Shown here: positions 53,401 to 64,000 of the stretch, in pieces
Position numbering within the stretch: the stretch's first letter is position 1
Layout: each line of letters opens with the position of its first letter
Assembly (NCBI GenBank): GCA_964016885.1
Contig: OZ024740.1
Coordinates: 25,606,001 to 25,670,000, forward strand
DNA: 64,000 nucleotides
Source: Eledone cirrhosa
Taxonomy: Eukaryota
Direction: 5' to 3'
Made by a program: the position numbers and the translations under genes
Notes under the pieces: generated by a model
What the model saw: only the letters and a program-made list of their open reading frames with translations
What the model was told of the DNA's origin: nothing
Databases searched by the model: none

Positions 53401-56400
53401 TTACTTCTATTGTAGTTGTAGTTATTTCTATTGTAGTTGTAGTTACTTCTATTGTAGTTTTTGTTACTTCTATTGTAGTTGTAGTTATTTCTATTGTAGT
53501 TGTAATTACTTCTATTGTAGTTGTAGTTACTTCTATTGTAGTTGTAGTTATTTCTATTGTAGTTGTAGTTATTTCTATTGTAGTTGTAGTTACTTCTCTT
53601 GTAGTTGTAGTTACTTCTATTGTAGTTGTAGTTATTTCTATTGTAGTTGTAGTTACTTCTCTTGTAGTTGTAGTTACTTCTATTGTAGTTGTAGTTATTT
53701 CTATTGTAGTTGTAGTTACTTCTATTGTAGTTGTTGTTACTTCTATTGTAGTTGTAGTTATTTCTATTGTAGTTGTAATTACTTCTATTGTAGTTGTAGT
53801 TACTTCTATTGTAGTTGTAGTTACTTTATTGTAGTTGTAGTTACTTCTATTGTAGTTGAAGTGACTTTATTGTAGTTGTAGTTACTTCTATTGTAGTTGT
53901 AGATACTTCTATTGTAGTTGTAGTTACTTCTATTGTAGTTGTAGTTACTTCTATTGTAGTTGTAGATACTTCTATTGTAGTTGTAGTTACTTCTATTGTA
54001 GTTGTAGTTACTTCTATTGTAGTTGTAGTCACTTCTATTGTAGTTGTAGTTACTTCTATTGTAGTTGTAGTTACTTTATTGTAGTTGTAGTTACTTATAT
54101 TGTAGTTGTAGTTACTTCTATTGTAGTTGTAGATACTTCTATTGTAGTTGTAGTTACTTTATTGTAGTTGTAGTTACTTCTATTGTAGTTGTAGATACTT
54201 CTATTTTAGTTGTAGTTACTTCTATTGTAGTTGTAGTTACTTCTATTGTAGTTGTAGTTACTTCTATTGTAGTTGTAGTTTGTTCTATTGTAGTTGTAGT
54301 TACTTCTATCGTAGGTGTAGTTACTTCTATTGTAGTTGTAGTTACTTCTATTGTAGTTGTAGTTACTTCTATTGTAGTTGTAGTTACTTCTATTGTAGTT
54401 GTAGTTATTTCTATTGTAGTTGTAGTTACTTTATTGTAGTTGTAGTTACTTCTCTTGTAGTTGTAGTTACTTCAATTGTAGTTGTAGTTACTTCTATTGT
54501 AGTTGTAGTTACTTCTATTGTAGTTGTAGTTACTTCTATTGTAGTTGTAGATACTTCTATTGTAGTTGTAGTTACTCCTATTGTAGTTGTAGTTACTTAT
54601 ATTGTAGTTGTAGTTACTCTATTGTAGTTGTAGTTACTTCTATTGTAGTTGAAGTTACTTTATTGTAGTTGTAGTTACTTCTATTGTAGTTGTAGATACT
54701 TCTATTGTAGTTGTAGTTACTTCTATTGTAGTTGTAGTTACTTCTATTGTAGTTGTAGATACTTCTATTGTAGTTGTAGTTGCTTCTATTGTAGTTGTAG
54801 TTACTTCTATTGTAGTTGTAGTTACTTCTATTGTAGTTGTAGTTACTTCTATTGTAGTTGTAGTTACTTTATTGTAGTTGTAGTTACTTCTATTGTAGTT
54901 GTAGTTACTTCTATTGTAGTTGTAGATACTTCTATTGTAGTTGTAGTTACTTTATTGTAGTTGTAGTTACTTCTATTGTAGTTGAAGTTACTTTATTGTA
55001 GTTGTAGTTACTTCTATTGTAGTTGTAGATACTTCTATTGTAGTTGTAGTTACTTCTATTGTAGTTGTAGTTACTTCTATTGTAGTTGTAGATACTTCTA
55101 TTGTAGTTGTAGTTACTTCTATTGTAGTTGTAGTTACTTCTATTGTAGTTGTAGTTACTTCTATTGTGGTTGTAGTTACTTCTATTGTAGTTGTAGTTAC
55201 TTTATTGTAGTTGTAGTTACTTCTATTGTAGTTGTAGTTACTTCTATTGTAGTTGTAGATACTTCTATTGTAGTTGTAGTTACTTTATTGTAGTTGTAGT
55301 TACTTCTATTGTAGTTGTAGATACTTCTATTTTAGTTGTAGTTACTTCTATTGTAGTTGTAGTTACTTCTATTGTAGTTGTAGTTACTTCTATTGTAGTT
55401 GTAGTTTGTTCTATTGTAGTTGTAGTTACTTCTATTGTAGTTGTAGTTACTTCTATTGTAGTTGTAGTTTGTTCTATTGTAGTTGTAGTTACTTCTATCG
55501 TAGGTGTAGTTACTTCTATTGTAGTTGTAGTTACTTCTATTGTAGTTGTAGATACTTCTATTGTAGTTGTAGATACTTCTATTGTAGATGTAGATACTTC
55601 TATTATAGTTGTAGTTACTTCTATTGTAGTTGTAGATACTTCTATTGCAATTGTAGTTACTTCTATTGTAGTTGTAGTTACTTCTATTGTAGTTGTAGTT
55701 ACTTCTATTGTAGTTGTAATTACATCTATTGTAGTTGTAGTTACTTCTATTGTAGTTGTAGATACTCCTATTGTAGTTGTAGATACTTCTATTGTTGTTG
55801 TAGTTACTTCTATTGCAGTTGTAGTTATTTCTATTGTAGTTGTAGTTATTTCTATTGTAGTTGTAGTTACTTCTATTGTAGTTGTAGTTATTTCTATTGT
55901 AGTTGTAGATACTCCTATTGTAGTTGTAGATACTTCTATTGTAGATGTAGATACTTCTATTGTAGTTGTAGAAGCTTCTATTGTAGATGTTGTTACTCCT
56001 ATTGTAGTTGTAGTTACTTCTATTGTAGTTGTAGTTACTTCTATTGTAGTTGTAGTTACTTCTATTGTATTTGTAGTTACTTCTATTGTAGTTGTAGTTA
56101 CTTCTATTGTAGTTGTAGTTACTTCTATTGTAGCTGTAGTTACTTCTATTGTAGTTGTAGTTATTTCTATTGTAGTTGTAGTTACTTCTATTGTAGTTGT
56201 AGTTATTTCTATTGTAGTTGTAGTTACTTTATTGTAGTTGTAGTTACTTCTCTTGTAGTTGTAGTTACTTCTATTGTAGTTGTAGTTACTTCTCTTTTAG
56301 TTGTAGATACTTCTGTTGTAGATACATCTATTGTAGTTGTAGGTACTTCTATTGTAGTTGTAGTTACTTCTATTGTAGTTGTAGTTACTTCTATTGTAGT

Positions 56401-57174
56401 TGTAGTTACTTCTATTGTAGCTGTAGTTACTTCTATTGTAGTTGTAGTTATTTCTATTGTAGTTGTAGTTACTTTATTGTAGTTGTAGTTACTTCTCTTG
56501 TAGTTGTAGTTACTTCTATTGTAGTTGTAGTTACTTCTCTTTTAGTTGTAGATACTTCTGTTGTAGATACATCTATTGTAGTTGTAGGTACTTCTATTGT
56601 AGTTGTAGTTACTTCTATTGTAGTTGTAGTTACTTTATTGTAGTTGTAGTTACTTGTATTGTAGTTGTAGTTACTTCTATTGTAGTTGTAGTTACTACTA
56701 TTGTAGTTGTAGTTACTTCTATTGTAGTTGTAGTTTGTTCTATTGTAGTTGTAGTTACTTCTATCGTAGGTGTAGTTACTTTTATTGTAGTTGTAGTTAC
56801 TTCTATTGTAGTTGTAGATACTTCTATTGTAGTTGTAGTTACTTCTATTGTAGTTGTAGATACTTCTATTGCAGTTGAAGATACTTCTATTGTAGATGTA
56901 GATACTTCTATTATAGTTGTAGTTACTTCTATTGTAGTTGTAGATACTTCTATTGCAATTGTAGTTACTTCTATTGTAGTTGTAGTTACTTCTATTGTAG
57001 TTGTAGTTACTTCTATTGTAGTTGTAGTTATTTCTATTGTAGTTGTAGATACTCCTATTGTAGTTGTAGATACTTCTATTGTAGATGTAGATACTTCTAT
57101 TGTAGTTGTAGAAGCTTCTATTGTAGATGTTGTTACTCCTATTGTAGTTGTAGTTACTTCTATTGTAGTTGTAG
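41249..57174. repeat. Tandem duplication of a ~7.95-kb block (41249-49193 / 49194-57174) with two single-monomer indels
   Basis: ORF offsets are 7945 (41432/49377, 42978/50923, 43735/51680), then 7966 (45881/53847, 46314/54280, 47016/54982), then 7945 again (47461/55406, 48709/56654). Confidence 0.95.
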
Positions 57175-60100
57175 TTACTTCTATTGTAGTTGTAGTTACT
57201 TCTATTGTAGTTGTAGATACTCCCATTGTAGTTGTAGTTACTTCTATTGTAGTTGTAGATACTTCTATTGTAGTTGTAGTTATTTCTATTGTAGTTGTAG
57301 TTACTTCTCTTGTAGTTGTAGATACTTCTATTGTAGTTGTAGTTATTTCTATTGTAGTTGTAGTTACTTCTATTGTAGTTGTAGTTACTTCTATTGTAGT
57401 TGTAGTTACTTCTATTGTAGTTGTAGTTATTTCTATTGTAGTTGTAGTTACTTCTATTGTAGTTGTAGTTACTTCTATTGAATTTGTAGTTACTTCTATT
57501 GTAGTTGTAGTTACTTCTATTGTAGTTGTAGTTATTTCTATTGTAGTTGTAGTTACTTCTATTGTAGTTGTAGTTACTTCTATTGTAGTTGTAGTTATTT
57601 CTATTGTAGTTGTAGTTACTTCTATTGTAGTTGTAATTATTTCTATTGCAGTTGTAGTTACTTCTATTGTAGTTGTAGTTACTTCTATTGTAGTTGTAGT
57701 TACTTCTATTGTAGTTGTTGTTACTTCTATTGTAGTTGTAGTTATTTCTATTGTAGTTGTAGTTACTTCTATTGTAGTTGTAGTTACTTCTATTGTAGTT
57801 GTAGTTACTTCTATTGTAGTTGTAGTTACCTCTATTGTAGTTGTAGTTACTTCTATTGTAGTTGTAGTTACTTCTATTGTAGTTGTAGTTACTTCTATTG
57901 TAGTTGTAGTTACTTCTATTGTAGTTGTAGTTACTTCTATTGTAGTTGTAGTTATTTCTATTGTAGTTGTAGTTACTTCTATTGTAGTTGTAGTTACTTC
58001 TATTGTAGTTGTAGTTACTTCTCTTGTAGTTGTAGTTACTTCTATTGTACTTGTAGTTATTTCTATTGTAGTTGTAGTTATTTCTATTGTAGTTGTAGTT
58101 ACTTCTCTTGTAGTTGTAGTTACTTCTATTGTAGTTGTAGTTACTTCTATTGTAGTTGTAGTTACTTCTATTGTAGTTGTAGTTATTTCTATTGTAGTTG
58201 TAGTTACTTCTATTGTAGTTGTAGTTACTTCTATTGTAGTTGTAGTTACTTCTATTGTAGTTGTAGTTACTTCTATTGTAGTTGTAGTTACTTCTATTGT
58301 AGTTGTAGTTATTTCTATTGTAGTTGTAGTTACTTCTATTGTAGTTGTAGTTACTTCTATTGTAGTTGTAGTTACTTCTATTGTAGTTGTAGTTACTTCT
58401 CTTGTAGTTGTAGTTACTTCTATTGTACTTGTAGTTATTTCTATTGTAGTTGTAGTTATTTCTATTGTAGTTGTAGTTACTTCTCTTGTAGTTGTAGTTA
58501 CTTCTATTGTAGTTGTAGTTATTTCTATTGTAGTTGTAGTTACTTCTCTTGTAGTTGTAGTTACTTCTATTGTAGTTGTAGTTATTTCTATTGTAGTTGT
58601 AGTTACTTCTATTGTAGTTGTTGTTACTTCTATTGTAGTTGTAGTTATTTCTATTGTAGTTGTAATTACTTCTATTGTAGTTGTAGTTACTTCTATTGTA
58701 GTTGTAGTTACTTTATTGTAGTTGTAGTTACTTCTATTGTAGTTGAAGTTACTTTATTGTAGTTGTAGTTACTTCTATTGTAGTTGTAGATACTTCTATT
58801 GTAGTTGTAGTTACTTCTATTGTAGTTGTAGTTACTTCTATTGTAGTTGTAGATACTTCTATTGTAGTTGTAGTTACTTCTGTTGTAGTTGTAGTTACTT
58901 CTATTGTAGTTGTAGTTACTTCTATTGTAGTTGTAGTTACTTCTATTGTAGTTGTAGTTACTTTATTGTAGTTGTAGTTACTTCTATTGTAGTTGTAGTT
59001 ACTTCTATTGTAGTTTTAGATACTTCTATTGTAGTTGTAGTTACTTTATTGTAGTTGTAGTTACTTCTATTGTAGTTGTAGATACTTCTATTTTAGTTGT
59101 AGTTACTTCTATTGTAGTTGTAGTTACTTCTATTGTAGTTGTAGTTACTTTATTGTAGTTGTAGTTACTTCTATTGTAGTTGTAGATATTTCTATTGTAG
59201 ATGTAGATACTTCTATTGTAGTTGTAGTTACTTCTATTGTAGTTGTAGTTACTTCTATTGTAGTTGTAGTTTCTTCTATTGTAGTTGTAGTTACTTCTAT
59301 TGTAGTTGTAGTTACTTCTATTGTAGTTGTAGTTACTTCTATTGTAGTTGTAGTTACTTCTATTGTAGTTGTAGTTACTTTATTGTAGTTGTAGTTACTT
59401 CTATTGTAGTTGTAGATACTTCTATTGTAGTTGTAGGTACTTCTATTGTAGTTGTAGTTACTTGTATTGTAGTTGTAGTTACTTCTATTGTAGTTGTAGT
59501 TACTTCTATTGTAGTTGTAGTTACTTTATTGTAGTTGTAGTTACTTGTATTGTAGTTGTAGTTACTTCTATTGTAGTTGTAGTTACTTCTATTGTAGTTG
59601 TAGATACTTCTATTGTAGTTGTAGATACTTCTATTGTAGTTGTAGTTACTTCTATTGTAGTTGTAGTTACTTCTATTGTAGTTGTAGTTACTTCTATTGT
59701 AGTTGTAGTTACTTCTATTGTAGTTGTTGTTACTTCTATTGTAGTTGTAGTTATTTCTATTGTAGTTGTAGTTACTTCTATTGTAGTTGTAGTTACTTCT
59801 ATTGTATTTGTAGTTACTTCTATTGTAGTTGTAGTTACTTCTATTGTAGTTGTAGTTACTTCTATTGTAGCTGTAGTTACTTCTATTGTAGTTGTTGTTA
59901 TTTCTATTGTAGTTGTAGTTACTTCTATTGTAGTTGTAGTTATTTCTATTGTAGTTGTAGTTACTTTATTGTAGTTGTAGTTACTTCTCTTGTAGTTGTA
60001 GTTACTTCTATTGTAGTTGTAGTTACTTCTCTTTTAGTTGTAGATACTTCTGTTGTAGATACATCTATTGTAGTTGTAGGTACTTCTATTGTAGTTGTAG

Positions 60101-63100
60101 TTACTTCTATTGTAGTTGTAGTTACTTCTATTGTAGTTGTAGTTACTTCTATTGTAGCTGTAGTTACTTCTATTGTAGTTGTAGATACTCCTATTGTAGT
60201 TGTAGATACTTCTATTGTAGATGTAGATACTTCTATTGTAGTTGTAGATACTCCTATTGTAGTTGTAGATACTTCTATTGTTGTTGTAGTTACTTCTATT
60301 GTAGTTGTAGTTACTTCTACTGTAGTTGTAGTTATTTCTATTGTAGTTGTAGTTACTTCTATTGTAGTTGTAGTTATTCCTATTGTAGTTGTAGATACTC
60401 CTATTGTAGTTGTAGATACTTCTATTGTAGATGTAGATACTTCTATTGTAGTTGTAGAAGCTTCTATTGTAGATGTTGTTACTCCTATTGTAGTTGTAGT
60501 TACTTCTATTGTAGTTGTAGTTACTTCTATTGTAGTTGTAGTTACTTCTATTGTATTTGTAGTTACTTCCATTGTAGTTGTAGTTACTTCTATTGTAGTT
60601 GTAGTTACTTCTATTGTAGCTGTAGTTACTTCTATTGTAGTTGTAGTTATTTCTATTGTAGTTGTAGTTACTTTATTGTAGTTGTAGTTACTTCTCTTGT
60701 AGTTGTAGTTACTTCTATTGTAGTTGTAGTTACTTCTCTTTTAGTTGTAGATACTTCTGTTGTAGATACATCTATTGTAGTTGTAGGTACTTCTACTTTA
60801 GTTGTAGTTACTTCTATTGTAGTTGTAGTTACTTCTATTGTAGTTGTAGTTACTTCTATTGTAGCTGTAGTTACTTCTATTGTAGTTGTAGTTATTTCTA
60901 TTGTAGTTGTAGTTACTTTATTGTAGTTGTAGTTACTTCTCTTGTAGTTGTAGTTACTTCTATTGTAGTTGTAGTTACTTCTCTTTTAGTTGTAGATACT
61001 TCTGTTGTAGATACATCTATTGTAGTTGTAGGTACTTCTATTGTAGTTGTAGTTACTTCTATTGTAGTTGTAGTTACTTTATTGTAGTTGTAGTTACTTG
61101 TATTGTAGTTGTAGTTACTTCTATTGTAGTTGTAGTTACTACTATTGTAGTTGTAGTTACTTCTATTGTAGTTGTAGTTTGTTCTATTGTAGTTGTAGTT
61201 ACTTCTATCGTAGGTGTAGTTACTTCTATTGTAGTTGTAGTTACTTCTATTGTAGTTGTAGATACTTCTATTGTAGTTGTAGTTACTTCTATTGTAGTTG
61301 TAGATACTTCTATTATAGTTGTAGTTACTTCTATTGTAGTTGTAGATACTTCTATTGCAATTGTAGTTACTTCTATTGTAGTTGTAGTTACTTCTATTGT
61401 AGTTGTAGTTACTTCTATTGTAGTTGTAATTACTTCTATTGTAGTTGTAGTTACTTCTATTGTAGTTGTAGATACTCCTATTGTAGTTGTAGATACTTCT
61501 ATTGTTGTTGTAGTTACTTCTATTGTAGTTGTAGTTACTTCTATTGTAGTTGTAGTTATTTCTATTGTAGTTGTAGTTACTTCTATTGTAGTTGTAGTTA
61601 TTTCTATTGTAGTTGTAGATACTCCTATTGTAGTTGTAGATACTTCTATTGTAGATGTAGATACTTCTATTGTAGTTGTAGAAGCTTCTATTGTAGATGT
61701 TGTTACTCCTATTGTAGTTGTAGTTACTTCTATTGTAGTTGTAGTTACTTCTATTGTAGTTGTAGTTACTTCTATTGTAGTTGTAGTTACTTCTATTGTA
61801 GTTGTAGATACTCCCATTGTAGTTGTAGTTACTTCTATTGTAGTTGTAGATACTTCTATTGCAGTTGTAGTTATTTCTATTGTGGTTGTAGTTACTTCTC
61901 TTGTAGTTGTAGATACTTCTATTGTAGTTGTAGTTATTTCTATTGTAGTTGTAGTTACTTCTATTGTAGTTGTAGTTACTTCTATTGTAGTTGTAGTTAC
62001 TTCTATTGTAGTTGTAGTTATTTCTATTGTAGTTCTAGTTACTTCTATTGTAGTTGTAGTTACTTCTATTGAATTTGTAGTTACTTCTATTGTAGTTGTA
62101 GTTACTTCTATTGTAGTTGTAGTTATTTCTATTGTAGTTGTAGTTACTTCTATTGTAGTTGTAGTTACTTCTATTGTAGTTGTAGTTATTTCTATTGTAG
62201 TTGTAGTTACTTCTATTGTAGTTGTAATTATTTCTATTGTAGTTGTAGTTACTTCTATTGTAGTTGTAGTTACTTTTATTGTAGTTGTAGTTACGTCTAT
62301 TGTAGTTGTTGTTACTTCTATTGTAGTTGTAGTTACTTCTATTGTAGTTGTAGTTACTTCTATTGTAGTTGTAGTTACTTCTATTGTAGTTGTAGTTACT
62401 TCTATTGAAGTTGTAGTTACTTCTATTGTAGTTGTAGTTACTTCTATTGTAGTTGTAGTTACTTCTATTGTAGTTGTAGTTATTTCTATTGTAGTTGTAG
62501 TTACTTCTATTGTAGTTGTAGTTACTTCTATTGTAGTTGTAGTTACTTCTATTGTAGTTGTAGTTACTTCTCTTGTAGTTGTAGTTACTTCTATTGTACT
62601 TGTAGTTATTTCTATTGTAGTTGTAGTTATTTCTATTGTAGTTGTAGTTACTTCTCTTGTAGTTGTAGTTACTTCTATTGTAGTTGTAGTTATTTCTATT
62701 GTAGTTGTAGTTACTTCTCTTGTAGTTGTAGTTACTTCTATTGTAGTTGTAGTTATTTCTATTGTAGTTGTAGTTACTTCTATTGTAGTTGTTGTTACTT
62801 CTATTGTAGTTGTAGTTATTTCTAAGGTAGTTGTAATTACTTCTATTCTAGTTGTAGTTACTTCTATTGTAGTTGTAGTTACTTTATTGTAGTTGTAGTT
62901 ACTTCTATTGTAGTTGAAGTTACTTTATTGTAGTTGTAGTTACTTCTATTGTAGTTGTAGATACTTCTATTGTAGTTGTAGTTACTTCTATTGTAGTTGT
63001 AGTTACTTCTATTGTAGTTGTAGATACTTCTATTGTAGTTGTAGTTACTTCTATTGTATTTGTAGTTACTTCTATTGTAGTTGTAGTTACTTCTATTGTA

Positions 63101-64000
63101 GTTGTAGTTACTTCTATTGTAGTTGTAGTTACTTTATTGTAGTTGTAGTTACTTCTATTGTAGTTGTAGTTACTTCTATTGTAGTTGTAGTTACTTCTAT
63201 TGTAGTTGTAGTTTGTTCTATTGTAGTTGTAGTTACTTCTATCGTAGGTGTAGTTACTTCTATTGTAGTTGTAGTTACTTCTATTGTAGTTGTAGATACT
63301 TCTATTGTAGTTGTAGTTACTTCTATTGTAGTTGTAGATACTTCTATTGTAGTTGTAGATACTTCTATTGTAGATGTAGATACTTCTATTATAGTTGTAG
63401 TTACTTCTATTGTAGTTGTAGATACTTCTATTGCAATTGTAGTTACTTCTATTGTAGTTGTAGTTACTTCTATTGTAGTTGTAGTTACTTCTATTGTAGT
63501 TGTAATTACTTCTATTGTAGTTGTAGTTACTTCTATTGTAGTTGTAGATACTCCTATTGTAGTTGTAGATACTTCTATTGTTGTTGTAGTTACTTCTATT
63601 GTAGTTGTAGTTACTTCTATTGTAGTTGTAGTTATTTCTATTGTAGTTGTAGTTACTTCTAATGTAGTTGTAGTTATTTCTATTGTAGTTGTAGATACTC
63701 CTATTGTAGTTGTAGATACTTCTATTGTAGATGTAGATACTTCTATTGTAGTTGTAGAAGCTTCTATTGTAGATGTTGTTACTCCTATTGTAGTTCTAGT
63801 TACTTCTATTGTAGTTGTAGTTACTTCTATTGTAGTTGTAGTTACTTCTATTGTAGTTGTAGTTACTTCTATTGTAGTTGTAGATACTCCCATTGTAGTT
63901 GTAGTTACTTCTATTGTAGTTGTAGATACTTCTATTGTAGTTGTAGTTATTTCTATTGTAGTTGTAGTTACTTCTCTTGTAGTTGTAGATACTTCTATTG

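Larger units (their letters stand above)
1..64000. repeat. 21-bp satellite/minisatellite tandem array, consensus TTGTAGTTGTAGTTACTTCTA (reverse complement TAGAAGTAACTACAACTACAA); runs to both window edges
   Basis: Every line is the monomer or a variant with 1-3 substitutions, plus 20-bp monomers (ACTTTATT, ACTCTATT) and 15-bp monomers (one TTGTAG lost). Orientation is constant throughout, and all ORFs have 7-aa periodicity. Confidence 0.99.

Noticed and set aside
650-63662. Plus-strand Cys/Tyr/Ser-rich ORFs (YCSCSYF)n resembling metallothionein or keratin-associated proteins, and Val-rich (VVVVTSI)n ORFs
   Set aside because: They are translations of a 21-bp monomer that has no stop in those frames. 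Starts are mostly TTG/GTG codons created by variant monomers, frames switch at 20-bp monomers, and there is no unique domain or promoter context.
16046-63893. Minus-strand Thr-rich ORFs as real mucin CDSs
   Set aside because: Starts come from sporadic variants (mostly CCCAT), nearly all end at a 20-mer (Ile-Lys-stop), and there is no signal peptide or non-repeat sequence. Kept only as a low-interest origin hypothesis.
1-64000. CRISPR array
   Set aside because: Repeats are head-to-tail with no unique spacers, leader or cas genes.
1-64000. Telomerase-synthesised telomere tract (long yeast-type repeat unit)
   Set aside because: Variants are inherited in kb-scale duplicated blocks, which indicates recombinational amplification and not repeated copying of one RNA template. 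There are no GGG runs, and it matches no telomere motif I recognise.
1-64000. Plasmodium falciparum rep20 (21-bp subtelomeric repeat)
   Set aside because: Only the unit length matches. As I recall it, the rep20 consensus (TAAGACC-containing) is different and more degenerate. A database search would settle it.
1-64000. Variant order as an encoded message or programmed cassette system (antigenic variation or diversity-generating)
   Set aside because: The order is explained by nested tandem duplication. No recombinase, reverse transcriptase, expression site or cassette boundary is present in the window.

Overview
All 64,000 bp belong to one uninterrupted, single-orientation tandem array of a 21-bp monomer, consensus TTGTAGTTGTAGTTACTTCTA (11 T, 4 G, 4 A, 2 C; about 29% GC; roughly 3,050 monomers). 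I see no unique sequence, gene, RNA gene, transposon insertion, inversion or CRISPR spacer. Every ORF in the track is a translation of the monomer (YCSCSYF, VVVVTSI, TTTTIEV) and is interrupted by recurrent 20-bp monomers. The information lies in the order of variant monomers. That order shows nested duplication: a 10+11-bp substructure, then 141/245/333-bp modules, then 1.1-2.3-kb blocks, then three near-identical tandem duplications of 5,965, about 7,088 and about 7,945 bp, and possibly an older 18-20-kb period. Several multi-base variants turn the monomer into perfect or extended inverted repeats (e.g. TAGAAGCTTCTA), which suggests template-switch mutagenesis. The window looks like eukaryotic satellite DNA (centromeric, pericentromeric or subtelomeric), but I cannot name the family or organism. 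The sequence does not support a novel protein-coding system. Offsets come from the ORF track and from reading marker variants by eye, not from a computed alignment.
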